A stretch of DNA of 64,000 nt from Elusimicrobiota bacterium (GCA_042563375.1 JBHPMF010000001.1:11007-75006); one strand, 5' to 3'. Numbered from the stretch's first letter, positions 19,671 through 29,474 are shown. The notes: generated by a model from the letters alone, not told the origin. Program-made: numbers and translations.

Positions 19671-20377
19671 CCCACCCCCATGATAAGCGGTAAATACTCC
19701 TTAATAGATTTTATTAATGAGAACCGGCTTTTAGATTGCTTTTTTTCATATTTCAGGAAAAACGGCAGTTCAATGGCGCTTGCGCCTTTTTTGCTTAATT
19801 TGAGCAGCGCTTCAAGCTGTATGGCGAATCCGCAGGATCTGAGCTCCGGCAGGATCTTACATAGGCAGCGCGCCCTGTATAGGCGAAAGCCGCTTGTCAG
19901 GTCTTTAATATTATTGATAGATCCATAGCGCAAGCGGAACAGGGACCTCGCAGTGTTCGCTATGGCTTTTCTTGCGCACGGCACTCCGCTTTCTCCTCCG
20001 CCCGTGATGAATCTTGACGCAATAACAAGGTCAGATGAGGTTTTGTCTGCGGCAGCGAGCATTTCCCGCAAATAACATACAGAGTGCGTATTATCAGCAT
20101 CCATAGTGGCGATAAAATCAGTTTCAAGCGCGTCAGGGCATATGAGCGTCAGGGCGCGTCTTATGCTTGAGCCAAGCCCCAGGTTTTCGGGATTTTTAAT
20201 TATCTTAACAGGGAGGCCTCCGGAGCGGTTCTTGACTATATCCAGGGAATTGTCCGTTGAGCCGTCATCCACAAAAACAACATGCATGTCAAGATCTTTC
20301 TTGATTTGCGCGATATCATCAAGGAGTTGCGGAAGGGCTTTTTCCTCATTAAGAGCGCAGATTATTAGATAAAGCAA
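19667..20377 (-). CDS. Glycosyltransferase family 2 (polyprenyl-phosphate sugar transferase-like)
   Basis: GT-A fold with DDGSTD and DAD(N) motifs. Confidence 0.8.
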   Translation of the reverse strand: MLYLIICALNEEKALPQLLDDIAQIKKDLDMHVVFVDDGSTDNSLDIVKNRSGGLPVKIIKNPENLGLGSSIRRALTLICPDALETDFIATMDADNTHSVCYLREMLAAADKTSSDLVIASRFITGGGESGVPCARKAIANTARSLFRLRYGSINNIKDLTSGFRLYRARCLCKILPELRSCGFAIQLEALLKLSKKGASAIELPFFLKYEKKQSKSRFSLIKSIKEYLPLIMGVG

Positions 20378-20405
20378 GGCAGGTTATAAGGGCTAAATGC
20401 TAAAA

Positions 20406-20490
20406 AGCGTGAAACGCGAGACGTGAAACGTGAGAAGTTAGGCATGGAATTTTCTTTACTTTTCACGTTTCACGTCTCGCGTTTCACGCT
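20406..20490. repeat. Heptamer-periodic hairpin, family 1 site B: a perfect 33-nt inverted repeat with a 19-nt loop. The right arm supplies the last codons (..KRET*) of the upstream GT2.
   Basis: agcgtgaaacgcgagacgtgaaacgtgagaagt / acttttcacgtttcacgtctcgcgtttcacgct. The stop is at 20470-20472. Confidence 0.8.
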
Positions 20491-21438
20491 GCTGGCATTA
20501 TGCGTTATTGTGGATTCTATCTGATATGGTTTTTGGTTGGTGATAATGACATTGTTGCGCATCATAATATCTGCCAGGGGGCCCAGGAACAGGAATAATA
20601 TCGCGCCGGCGAAAAAGAAGAATCCAAAGAAAAACAGCGGAGACAGCCATATTCCGCCCAGGAATATCCTCCGGATCACAACTGCGCAATGCATAAGGAG
20701 TCCCAAGCTTGCGAAAAGGAATGCTGCTCCTCCGAAAAGATGCATGGGTCTGGTAAAGTATGAAAGATAGAACTTAAGCAGGAATGCATCCAGAAGCACT
20801 TTCACTATGCGTGAGAATAAGCCGTATTTTGATCTCCCCCAGGTGCGCGGATTATGCGACACGCTGATCTCGGCTATGCTGTGCCCCCTGAGGGCCAGGT
20901 ATGCGGGGAGCAGGCGGTGCATTTCCCCTAGTATCTCAAGGCCTTCGAGCGCTTTTCGTGAATATGCCCTTAGCGTGCACCCGTGATCATGCAGGCTGAT
21001 CCCCATTATTCCTGAAATAAACCTGTTTGCGACCCATGAAGGCAATACCCTGATGAAGCTGTCATGGCGGTCTTTGCGCCATCCGCAGACAACGTCGTAG
21101 CCCTCGTCAAGCTTGGACAAGAGAGCCGGTATGTCCTTGGGATTGTTCTGTCCGTCGCCGTCAAGGGTGACGACGGTATCTCCGGAGCTTTCCTCGATGC
21201 CGCAGGCCAATGCTGCTGATTGCCCGAAATTCTTTTTGAACTTTATGATCCTGGCTGAAAGCCCGGTGTTTTTAAGAGTTTCGCTGATATTGTCAACGCT
21301 GTTATCCGTGGAGCCGTCATCCACAAAGACAATTTCCAGGCTTTTCTTTATGGCCCCTGAAACTTCCCAAAGAGCCTTGGCCAGGTCCTTTACATTTCCG
21401 CCTTCATTGTACACGGGGATTATTATTGAGATGTCCAT
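20470..21438 (-). CDS. Glycosyltransferase family 2 with C-terminal TM anchor (DPM1/GtrB-like)
   Basis: IIIPVYNEGGN..VDDGSTD GT2 motifs plus two C-terminal TM helices. Confidence 0.8.
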   Translation of the reverse strand: MDISIIIPVYNEGGNVKDLAKALWEVSGAIKKSLEIVFVDDGSTDNSVDNISETLKNTGLSARIIKFKKNFGQSAALACGIEESSGDTVVTLDGDGQNNPKDIPALLSKLDEGYDVVCGWRKDRHDSFIRVLPSWVANRFISGIMGISLHDHGCTLRAYSRKALEGLEILGEMHRLLPAYLALRGHSIAEISVSHNPRTWGRSKYGLFSRIVKVLLDAFLLKFYLSYFTRPMHLFGGAAFLFASLGLLMHCAVVIRRIFLGGIWLSPLFFFGFFFFAGAILFLFLGPLADIMMRNNVIITNQKPYQIESTITHNASSVKRET

Positions 21439-21546
21439 TATAAAGAAGTGATGGTTCGGCTGCGCTCACCGCAGGAAAGTGAAAAGCTAGAAGTTAGAAG
21501 TAAAGGAAAAAAGACAGGAAAAGTGAATACTTGTAAAAAATGCATA

Positions 21547-23097
21547 TTATTGGCCAGCATCATGACTCCTGTGAGTTATTTTACTCTTTTGGCGGATAAT
21601 TTGGAGATTTCGGAGGAGGATCTTGTTGTGCGGCAGGATTTTCAGAGCTTGTGTTTGAGCTACGGCAGCAAGGGTTTTGTTCCTTGAATAATCATGGGTA
21701 TTCATTGAGAGCTCTGTCCACAGGAAAGCGTTTGCCGGGTCCCATCTGAGAGCGCGCTTTAGATAATGAGAGCAGGTCTTGTCATGAAATTTAGCGGCAG
21801 TGATGAATGAATATCCGAATAAAATTTTTATATTCATATAGGCAAGAATGACCAAAGCGCCAAACAGTATCGCGATGCCTGCTCGCGTATGCGCATGCTG
21901 CGCGGTTTTAGGCGGTTCCCCGGATGTTTTTTTTGTGTTGCAGCTTTGAGAATGAGCGATGGCGGTTATGGCGGTGAATACAAGTAAATTCGGGATGAAT
22001 ATGAGCGATGAATCATTTATCCAGAAAAGCGCGTTTGCCAGGCATGTGATGAGCCACCAGGGATTTTTGAATAATCCTGATCCGGGATTGAGCCTTAAAG
22101 CGCAGAATATCATCCATATGATCAAGAAAACGCCCGCGATCCCGTGATCCGCCAGGATCTGCAAGGGCAGATTGTGCGTTAAGGTCGTTCCGGTTTTGGC
22201 GAAAAGCTCTCCTTTATATAATTGGTAAAGTTCAGCGAACCCTCCTTTTGTAAACGCACCGAACATCCAATTATCCAGGAATATGAATATCGAGGAGTGG
22301 AACCATTTTAATCTGTCTGTGAGGCTGGCGGGGTCATTTGAAAGTTTGATCAATGCGGTGAAAATGATGATAAGGATCGCAATCATGATCAATATTGCCG
22401 CGGATTTTCCGGGCAATCTCCAGTTCGCCGGCAGGGTTTTTTTATTTCTTCGCATGAGATAGTATGCGGCAAAAGCTATTACAAGGCATGATATAGCCGA
22501 GAAAGATTTTGTCAATATTAAAGCCCAGACAAAGGTGAATGCCGCGACAGCGTGGAACAGCCTTATCCGGGAATCTTGGGCGGCCAACGAGAGCCAGATG
22601 CTCATGGGTATCAGGAGTATCAGGTGTTGCGCGAGTATATTTGAATTCCCAAGGACGATCGCCGCGTTTGTGTTTGCGCTGGATATATACGAGACGCTTA
22701 AAAACAGGATCGCCAACAGCCATCCTCCGCATATCACAGCCAAGCTGAGCATGTCCCGCTCTGCCGGTTCGGAAAACCTCACAATGTAGACGATAATGAT
22801 AAAGGCTGTGGCAATGCCGGACAGCACAGGCGATTGCGCAGAACTGCTTATCGACACGCAGGCGGATACTGCAGTGAGCAATATCAGAGGCAGCATCAAT
22901 ATCACGGGCGCATCAGCGCGGCGCTCTTTTTTAGAAGATATATTCAGCGCAACAGCTGCATAAATGCCTGCTTGCAGCGCAATCAGGCTCATTGCGCCGA
23001 TAAGTTCAGGCGCCAGACCAAAGAGTGCGGGCAATAGGAAAAATGGAAATGTTACAAGAAGATCCCGTGATTTAAATGTTTTAGCGCTGGACCGCAA
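21547..23097 (-). CDS. O-antigen ligase/polymerase-like membrane protein (Wzy_C domain) with C-terminal TPR region
   Basis: About 10 TM helices with a large periplasmic loop, and a C-terminal soluble TPR-like segment (ALRWDPANAFLWTEL). Confidence 0.65.
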   Translation of the reverse strand: MRSSAKTFKSRDLLVTFPFFLLPALFGLAPELIGAMSLIALQAGIYAAVALNISSKKERRADAPVILMLPLILLTAVSACVSISSSAQSPVLSGIATAFIIIVYIVRFSEPAERDMLSLAVICGGWLLAILFLSVSYISSANTNAAIVLGNSNILAQHLILLIPMSIWLSLAAQDSRIRLFHAVAAFTFVWALILTKSFSAISCLVIAFAAYYLMRRNKKTLPANWRLPGKSAAILIMIAILIIIFTALIKLSNDPASLTDRLKWFHSSIFIFLDNWMFGAFTKGGFAELYQLYKGELFAKTGTTLTHNLPLQILADHGIAGVFLIIWMIFCALRLNPGSGLFKNPWWLITCLANALFWINDSSLIFIPNLLVFTAITAIAHSQSCNTKKTSGEPPKTAQHAHTRAGIAILFGALVILAYMNIKILFGYSFITAAKFHDKTCSHYLKRALRWDPANAFLWTELSMNTHDYSRNKTLAAVAQTQALKILPHNKILLRNLQIIRQKSKITHRSHDAGQ

Positions 23098-23098
23098 T

Positions 23099-24904
23099 CT
23101 AATCTACGATTGTGGGTGTTACGAATATCAACAGTTCATTGCGGCTGCTGTCTTCGCCTGTGCGTTTAAAAAGCCATCCGATCAATGGAATATCACCCAG
23201 AATAGGTACCTTGGTTTTTACTTTGTTTTTGCGATCTGAAATAAGCCCTCCCAAAACCGCTGTGTCACCATCTTTCGTGATGATCTCAGTGGTGGCTGTT
23301 CTGGTTAGAATACCGGGGGCAACATTCGGGATTCCGCCTTGTCCGACCTGGCTTACTGTTGGCGTGAGTTTTAACTTGATATAGCGCTCAGCATTTGCCG
23401 TGGGAGTCACTTGCAGAGTAATGCCCACGTCCTTATACTGAATGGTTTGAGTGACTATCGCCGTGCCTCCGCCTGTGTCGATCTGCGATTGCACTATTGG
23501 TATCTGGCTTGTGACAGAAATATTGGCAGCCGTGTTATTAAGTGTGACGATCTTTGGATTTGAGAGTACTTTAAGGTTGCCCTTGCTTTCAATAGCTGAG
23601 AGGGTGGCTGTTAAAAAGCTCGTGTTCGTGACCCTGCCAAAAGAAACACCTGAGAGAAGCGGGAGGATCGTTTGCGGCATTATCACTCCTGTGCCCCTGC
23701 TGCCTGACCCGAAACCAGCAGGAGGACTGGCTGAAGTGCCACCTGCAGGCGTGTTTGGGTCGATTCCGCCAACAGTGCGCTGGTCAAGCTTGTCTGTGGT
23801 GCTTTTGTCCCAGCTTTTGGCGTATTCCCATTGAACTCCATAATCCATACCTGAGTCAAGTATCAGGTCGACTATTCTTGCCTCGATCGATACGGAAATC
23901 GGCTTTTCATCAATCTTCTTAATGATCTTCGCATTCTCAATATGGCCTTCTTCTGTATCCGTGACTATCAGGGAATTGGCAGCTTTATGGATTAAAATAT
24001 TGCCCTTTCTGCCCTCTTTGCTTCTTATTGTATCCAGATGTGTTTTAACCTCAGCGGCTTCAGAGTAATTCAAGGTGATTATCTTTGTGGTAGTCCTTGC
24101 TTCCTTGCGTTTGGCGAGGTATGATGCTTCATCCGTGACCTTGATGATGTTTTTCCCCAGCTGAATGGCTATAAGGCTGTTTGCTGATAATACGAGGTTA
24201 AAAACCTCATTAAAGGGCACATCCCGCAGATCAATAGAAATAGACCCGGAGACCCCTGTGGTTGTCAGCAGATTGATCTTTCTTTTGCTCAGGCTTTCCC
24301 ATTTGCTGATGAGCATTTCCATGGCCATTTTAAGGTCGGTTTCCTGAAAATTTATGTTTATCGGGGTTTTTGGCATAGTCGTAAGCAGGTCTTCATATTT
24401 TGACTTGCCTGATGGAGCCGCATCTTTTGTCTTGGTAAGCTTAAGCCGCGGGGTTTTTAAAGATTTAAATACTACCTTGATATTCCCATCGGTTTCATTC
24501 ACATGAAAATTAACGACTTTCTTCAGATCAACAACTATGCGCACGATCGCGGTCGGAGCGCTCGCAAACTGGGCTATGCGTATTTTCTCAAGCGAGAATC
24601 CTGTCTTTTTCTTGCGCGGATACATCTCTCTTGGCAGGGTCGTCGGTATCCAAGCGTCATAGAGCTCCAGAACCACCTTTGGAGGCGCTTTCAGAGCAAA
24701 GCTTTTGTAAACCGGCTGGTAACCTTCGGTTTTTATGTCAATGCCGTCTGGAAGTATGTCCACGCTCGTGATCTTGGTCTTGGCTTTCCATATCTGCTGT
24801 TCCCGAATGCTTGGCTTGGCGCTTTCCGCTATGAGATTGGCCATCAATATCGCAGCGCACGCGGTACATGTGAAAATCATGATTCTCTTGCCGAGAAAAT
24901 TCAT
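23099..24904 (-). CDS. pilQ: Type IV pilus secretin PilQ
   Basis: N-terminal signal/AMIN region. The C-terminal secretin domain ends in the canonical LLIFVTPTIV motif. It heads the pilMNOPQ block. Confidence 0.85.
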   Translation of the reverse strand: MNFLGKRIMIFTCTACAAILMANLIAESAKPSIREQQIWKAKTKITSVDILPDGIDIKTEGYQPVYKSFALKAPPKVVLELYDAWIPTTLPREMYPRKKKTGFSLEKIRIAQFASAPTAIVRIVVDLKKVVNFHVNETDGNIKVVFKSLKTPRLKLTKTKDAAPSGKSKYEDLLTTMPKTPININFQETDLKMAMEMLISKWESLSKRKINLLTTTGVSGSISIDLRDVPFNEVFNLVLSANSLIAIQLGKNIIKVTDEASYLAKRKEARTTTKIITLNYSEAAEVKTHLDTIRSKEGRKGNILIHKAANSLIVTDTEEGHIENAKIIKKIDEKPISVSIEARIVDLILDSGMDYGVQWEYAKSWDKSTTDKLDQRTVGGIDPNTPAGGTSASPPAGFGSGSRGTGVIMPQTILPLLSGVSFGRVTNTSFLTATLSAIESKGNLKVLSNPKIVTLNNTAANISVTSQIPIVQSQIDTGGGTAIVTQTIQYKDVGITLQVTPTANAERYIKLKLTPTVSQVGQGGIPNVAPGILTRTATTEIITKDGDTAVLGGLISDRKNKVKTKVPILGDIPLIGWLFKRTGEDSSRNELLIFVTPTIVD

Positions 24905-24927
24905 ACTATCCTCCTAACGATCTCCAT

Positions 24928-25449
24928 CTATTTTTTGCCCTTCTTCTCATAATTAACAATAATCATTAAAGGTTCGCCTTTTGTCTTTGTTATTACGACT
25001 TCTTTGTCATGAACCTTTGCTTTGTAGTTCTCAAGCCATAGCCTTGACGATGCATGCTGAATTTTGCCTTTTTTTATCACAAATTGTTCTCCGTTCACGG
25101 GATTTGTCAGAAGAGCAACGGAATAGTCTTTGTTCGCGCCTCCAATGACAGCTTGGAGTTTCAGCGCCGTGGGATCAAATTTGCTCTCGACTTCCGCAAT
25201 AGTCATCTTTTTCTTGGAGTTCGCTGCCGCAAGCCTGTATCCTCCTTTTGATAGGTTGATAAAAGGATCCCGATAATTCAGCCCCGTGTATTTGAATGCA
25301 GCGGTTGAGGTGCTGACATCAGCGCACCACACTGAAGATGACGGAGCGATACACAGACACAGCGCCACAGCGATAAAGAAAAACAGGGGTAGAGCAATTG
25401 AATTATTACTCTTTCGCCTCATCTCCTCATCGCTCCATCGCCTCATCAT
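24928..25449 (-). CDS. pilP: Pilus assembly lipoprotein PilP-like
   Basis: Small protein with signal peptide and the conserved RDPF motif. Position is between pilO and pilQ. Confidence 0.55.
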   Translation of the reverse strand: MMRRWSDEEMRRKSNNSIALPLFFFIAVALCLCIAPSSSVWCADVSTSTAAFKYTGLNYRDPFINLSKGGYRLAAANSKKKMTIAEVESKFDPTALKLQAVIGGANKDYSVALLTNPVNGEQFVIKKGKIQHASSRLWLENYKAKVHDKEVVITKTKGEPLMIIVNYEKKGKK

Positions 25450-25453
25450 TCTT

Positions 25454-26020
25454 CTATCCTCCCTTATGCTGGAATGTCACCAGCTCCATTCCCACCTGAA
25501 GCGTTGCTTTCGGGGATGTTAAAGTGGGTGTTGCCGGATTAAATGAGAGCTTCTTAGCATGAAAGATCCTCTTTTCTTTGCCGATCGAGACAAGGAACTG
25601 AGCCACATCATGATAAGCTCCCACAATAGTCATCTGATAGCTGATCTCATTGTAGAGCGGTTGCGGACTTGGTTTTTTTGGCGCTATACTTAAGATGGTT
25701 ATTTGATGCTTTCTGGCAAGCTGCATCACAAAGTCCAGGACTTTGGGCAGATCCCTGTCCTTGGCCAGGTTCTCTTCGAGCTTAGCCCATTCCTTGTTCA
25801 AGACTTCTATCTCTCTTTTAAGACGGTCAAGTTTCGCTGTTTTCATTTGAAGCTGCGTGATCCTACCATTGAGTTCAACGATTTTTTCCTTGCTTTCCTT
25901 GATCGTCTTCATAGTGGGCTTAAAGAAATATTGTGTGTAGATATAGCCTGCCGCAGCGAGCATCAAGGCTCCCGCGACTATTTGCTGCTGCTGTTCTTTT
26001 GATAATTGCGGTATTGTCAT
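25454..26020 (-). CDS. pilO: Type IV pilus assembly protein PilO
   Basis: Single N-terminal TM helix, coiled coil and periplasmic domain. Position in the operon. Confidence 0.7.
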   Translation of the reverse strand: MTIPQLSKEQQQQIVAGALMLAAAGYIYTQYFFKPTMKTIKESKEKIVELNGRITQLQMKTAKLDRLKREIEVLNKEWAKLEENLAKDRDLPKVLDFVMQLARKHQITILSIAPKKPSPQPLYNEISYQMTIVGAYHDVAQFLVSIGKEKRIFHAKKLSFNPATPTLTSPKATLQVGMELVTFQHKGG

Positions 26021-26565
26021 GGTTTGTACTCGAATTTCACGTTAATCGGAATAATCTTGCCGGATGAGACTCCGGAGAGGGCTCCAATGTCCACCTCGGA
26101 GATAGCGGGGTTTGATTCCAGTTTTTCGATCCATTCAATGACGCCGTCTATGCTTGTGGCCATGGCTGAGATATTCATATTGAATTTATTCCCGCCGGCT
26201 TCCGGGCTGGCGACCACATTCGAATACCATATCTGGGGAGACAATATCGAAGCCAGGCCCTGCATGAGCTTGGGATATGTGAATCGTTCCGTGATAAGCT
26301 TTTTTACAGCGTCTATTTTCGAGGTTATTGAGTTTTTAGTCGACTGCAGGGCGTCAACCTGGCTTGCTATCTGCTCAAGCTCGCTTACTTGCGATTCCAG
26401 GTTCATAGCCTGTTTTTTAAGATTTTGCGCTTTAAAAACAAAAGACAGGGAGATTCCAATGACGATCATCGCTACTATGCCGGCTGCTCCGCCGGCAAGC
26501 ATTGCGACCTCGCGTTTCTTCTCCTTTTGTATGTATTCCTTCGGTATCAGGTTTACTCTTATCAT
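26017..26565 (-). CDS. pilN: Type IV pilus assembly protein PilN
   Basis: MIRVNLIPKE... is the canonical PilN N-terminus. One TM helix plus coiled coil. Confidence 0.75.
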   Translation of the reverse strand: MIRVNLIPKEYIQKEKKREVAMLAGGAAGIVAMIVIGISLSFVFKAQNLKKQAMNLESQVSELEQIASQVDALQSTKNSITSKIDAVKKLITERFTYPKLMQGLASILSPQIWYSNVVASPEAGGNKFNMNISAMATSIDGVIEWIEKLESNPAISEVDIGALSGVSSGKIIPINVKFEYKP

Positions 26566-26600
26566 GACCGTATCACACCGCTTAACGTATTATGTCCGCT

Positions 26601-26634
26601 AACAGAAGCACAGGAGCACAGGAGCACAGGAGCA
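26601..26634. repeat. Direct 8-mer array (gcacagga x3.5) in the pilM-pilN intercistronic gap
   Basis: agcacaggagcacaggagcacaggagcacaa, read directly. It shares its unit with the inverted repeat at 29388-29474. Confidence 0.8.
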
Positions 26635-26641
26635 CAACTCG

Positions 26642-27790
26642 TCATTTCTGCCAGTCTCCGTATTTTCTCAGAGCAAGACCGCAAGCCACAGAGAATGCGG
26701 GTCCGGCCTGGATCAGGTTTTGATAAGCAGGAGGTATTTTGAGCAGCGAAAGCGGATTGAGGATCTCAACAGGCAGCTTGAATTCTTTCGAGAGATAAGC
26801 GTCCAGGTTCTTAAGCAGGGCTCCGCCTCCGCTTAAATAGATTTTTGTTATTTCACGGTCCATTCCATGAGTGAGATAAAAATCAATGGATTTATGCACC
26901 TCCGCCAGAAGCTCATTAGCTACGGTTATCAAGCATTGAGACGCCTGGGTATCAGCCGGTTCCCCTGAGGAAAGGGTGCCTTCCTTATCATCTTCTCCCG
27001 TGTTGATCTTGCTGTCCCTTTTCATTTTTTCGCTTGCCTGTGCGTCCTGGCCCAGACTGCTTTCGATGGCGTTTGTGAATGCGTTGCCTCCGATATTAAC
27101 GTCCCTGACAACGCGCGGCGTCCCGTCTTCCACGATTACCAGGTTCGTTATAGTAGAGCCGATATTCACCATAAGCGTTGTTTGCTGGGATTGTTGATCG
27201 GAAACAAGCGATAAAAGATTGGTCACGGCAAAAGCATCAACATCCACGATAATGGGCCGCAGTCCCGCCTGCGCAAGTATTGATAATCGTCCGTCGATCA
27301 GATCTTTTTTCGCAGCCACTAAAACAGTGTCATATTTCTTCTGATTCTCCTCGACTATCTCCTTGATCACATAATAATCAAGATTAACATCGCGGATATC
27401 GTAAGGTATAAACGGTTCAGCCTCGAATGGAAGGGTGCGTTCCAATTCCTGGTGTCCTATAGCCGGCAGTTTTGCTTCGCGCACGATCACGGAACTTCCG
27501 GATATGCCTATGGCGATCGGAGATTTTTTAAGTTTTGCGTCGCTGAGCATCTTCTTTATCTCGCCTATCATGTAGATCTGCATGGCTTCTTCATCACCGG
27601 AGATGCTGCGCATATCAAGTTCCTTATATGCCGCAAAGTCAGCCGCGTATTGATTGCCCTCAGATTTGATCCTGATCGATTTTATCGCGCTCGATCCTAT
27701 ATCAACAGCAAGAATAGGTTTTTTGAAGCTGATCGCGTCCTTTACCTTTGTAATAATAGGTTTGAGTTTTTCAGTGATATTAGCCTTCAT
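26642..27790 (-). CDS. pilM: Type IV pilus assembly ATPase-fold protein PilM
   Basis: Actin-like/FtsA-fold protein. It is the first gene of the pilMNOPQ block. Confidence 0.85.
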   Translation of the reverse strand: MKANITEKLKPIITKVKDAISFKKPILAVDIGSSAIKSIRIKSEGNQYAADFAAYKELDMRSISGDEEAMQIYMIGEIKKMLSDAKLKKSPIAIGISGSSVIVREAKLPAIGHQELERTLPFEAEPFIPYDIRDVNLDYYVIKEIVEENQKKYDTVLVAAKKDLIDGRLSILAQAGLRPIIVDVDAFAVTNLLSLVSDQQSQQTTLMVNIGSTITNLVIVEDGTPRVVRDVNIGGNAFTNAIESSLGQDAQASEKMKRDSKINTGEDDKEGTLSSGEPADTQASQCLITVANELLAEVHKSIDFYLTHGMDREITKIYLSGGGALLKNLDAYLSKEFKLPVEILNPLSLLKIPPAYQNLIQAGPAFSVACGLALRKYGDWQK

Positions 27791-27833
27791 CTTGAGCCTC
27801 TGGTATATAGTGTGCGGTCTATAATGCCATTTT

Positions 27834-28565
27834 TCAATAGTTTTTTATGAAAATAGGGAAAAGCTCGATTTTCCCCTTTGCCAGAAATACCAGGAAGGCA
27901 GCTATCGCCAGGAACGGGCCATATGCGATCGGGTCCTGGCGATTAAGCTTGCCTGAAATAAGCATAGGCAACGCATACAGGATGCCAAAAGCGCTTGAGA
28001 TGAGTATTGTGGGATACAGCGATGATACTCCAAGACTGGCGCCGATAGCTGCCGCCAGCTTCACATCGCCGCCTCCCATAGCCTCTTTCTTATATATCTT
28101 CTCTCCGATAAAAGCGAATAAAAAGAAAATCGCGCCTCCTGCTAATGTTCCGGCAAGGCTTGAGATTATCCGTGATGTAACAGTGCTTCCAAGAAGAGGG
28201 TTCCACGGGGAGAATACAAGCATTCCTGTTAACAGTCCCAGGCTGAAAATATCGGGTATTGTATAGGTATCGAAATCTATAGCAGTAATAACTGTCAAAA
28301 TAAAGGCAAAAGAAACAAAAGCAATGACCTGGACCAAGCCCAGAGCGCCGGTAGTGTCAAGCTTCCACAATATCAGAATACATTCAAGACTCAAGGCGAG
28401 TTCGATTATGGGGTAGCGCCATGAAATAGGGTTTTCGCACTTGCGGCATTTTCCTTTTAGCGCAATAAAACTGAGTACGGGTATATTATCAATAGCGGGT
28501 ATTTTGTTGCCGCAATTCGGACAATAGGAAAGCAGGGGTTTTATCGGAGATTCGCCTTTAGGCAA
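27834..28565 (-). CDS. pilD: Prepilin peptidase PilD (A24 family). The reading frame stays open upstream to 28640 and encodes the expected first TM helix, so the true start is probably upstream of the listed one.
   Basis: CPNCGNKIP...CRKC zinc-binding motif and a polytopic TM core. The upstream in-frame translation IIDIYILAGIIGLILGSFANVVIYRLP is the canonical PilD N-terminus. Confidence 0.8.
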   Translation of the reverse strand: MPKGESPIKPLLSYCPNCGNKIPAIDNIPVLSFIALKGKCRKCENPISWRYPIIELALSLECILILWKLDTTGALGLVQVIAFVSFAFILTVITAIDFDTYTIPDIFSLGLLTGMLVFSPWNPLLGSTVTSRIISSLAGTLAGGAIFFLFAFIGEKIYKKEAMGGGDVKLAAAIGASLGVSSLYPTILISSAFGILYALPMLISGKLNRQDPIAYGPFLAIAAFLVFLAKGKIELFPIFIKNY

Positions 28566-28670
28566 TCTGTAAATGACAACATTCGCGAAGCTGCCCAGGA
28601 TCAGGCCGATGATTCCCGCAAGAATGTATATGTCGATTATTTAAGTTAAATCCTCGTTTGATGTGAAATC

Positions 28671-28706
28671 AAAAAACCCGTCCCGAGGTCTCGGGACGGG
28701 TTTTTC
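28671..28706 (-). terminator. Rho-independent terminator of pilA
   Basis: On the minus strand: acccgtcccgag-acc-tcgggacgggt followed by TTTTTT, 11 nt after the pilA stop. It could act bidirectionally (A-run on the other side). Confidence 0.75.
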
Positions 28707-28716
28707 TCATTGTATC

Positions 28717-29190
28717 TTAATACTCTTGCCAGATTTTACCTTTGCTGTCATTGTGACTGCAGCCGATCCATACATGTCCCCAGTTGATGTTCGTGTTGTT
28801 GTAGATATACTCCCATTGGCCGGCATCTGTGGTCGATGAATACATAACCACCTCGTTAAAGGTGTTGTTTTCACCGTGACCAGTGTTGCCTTGGTCAGCT
28901 ACTGCAGGAATAACGATGTTTGGTATCTCTTTGAGGTATTTGGAGTTATTCGTTAATGCTCCCTCTGAAGTTGCTGATTGCGGGTAGATACCATCATTGT
29001 CACCATAGTAGATAGCCAGAGAACTTCTTACAGTGCTCAGGTTCCCTTTGCTTTTGCCTTCCTGCGATTTCTTTACAAGGTCAGCGAACTTGGGTATCGC
29101 GATTGCCGCGAGAATACCAATAATTGCCACCACGATCATAAGTTCGATCAAGGTGAATCCCAATTCGCCTGCTTTTCTTGTTTTTAGCAT
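28717..29190 (-). CDS. pilA: Type IV major pilin
   Basis: Class III signal peptide KAGELGFTLIELMIVVAIIGILAAIAIP (G-F cleavage and N-methylation site, Glu+5). C-terminal Cys pair. Confidence 0.85.
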   Translation of the reverse strand: MLKTRKAGELGFTLIELMIVVAIIGILAAIAIPKFADLVKKSQEGKSKGNLSTVRSSLAIYYGDNDGIYPQSATSEGALTNNSKYLKEIPNIVIPAVADQGNTGHGENNTFNEVVMYSSTTDAGQWEYIYNNTNINWGHVWIGCSHNDSKGKIWQEY

Positions 29191-29387
29191 AATGGCGTTC
29201 CTCCTTTTTTTTGCCCCTTATTTGTGATCTTTTAGGGCAAATCTGTCAAAGAACAATTTATCACATTTATACTATGTCAATACCTGGTATTTCGCGTTTT
29301 GTCAATAGGGGTCTTTTATAGCTGGACAGGCAGGCGCGTTAGAATTTTTATGTTTTTGAGGGGTGTGAAGAAAATCACACATTAAGC

Positions 29388-29474
29388 AACGTGCTCCCGT
29401 GCTCCAGTGCTGCTGTTTTTGCAAAGGAAATTCTTCTGTTAACAGGAGAACCGGAGCACAGGAGCACTGTAGCA
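29388..29474. promoter_or_regulatory. Inverted repeat built from GTGCTCC / GGAGCAC 8-mers in the divergent pilA-pilB promoter region
   Basis: aacgtgctcccgtgctccagtgctgctg ...27-nt T-rich loop... caggagaaccggagcacaggagcactgtagcac. Confidence 0.6.

Noticed and set aside
26006-26602. 198-aa plus-strand ORF
   Set aside because: Entirely antisense to pilN. Typical shadow ORF.
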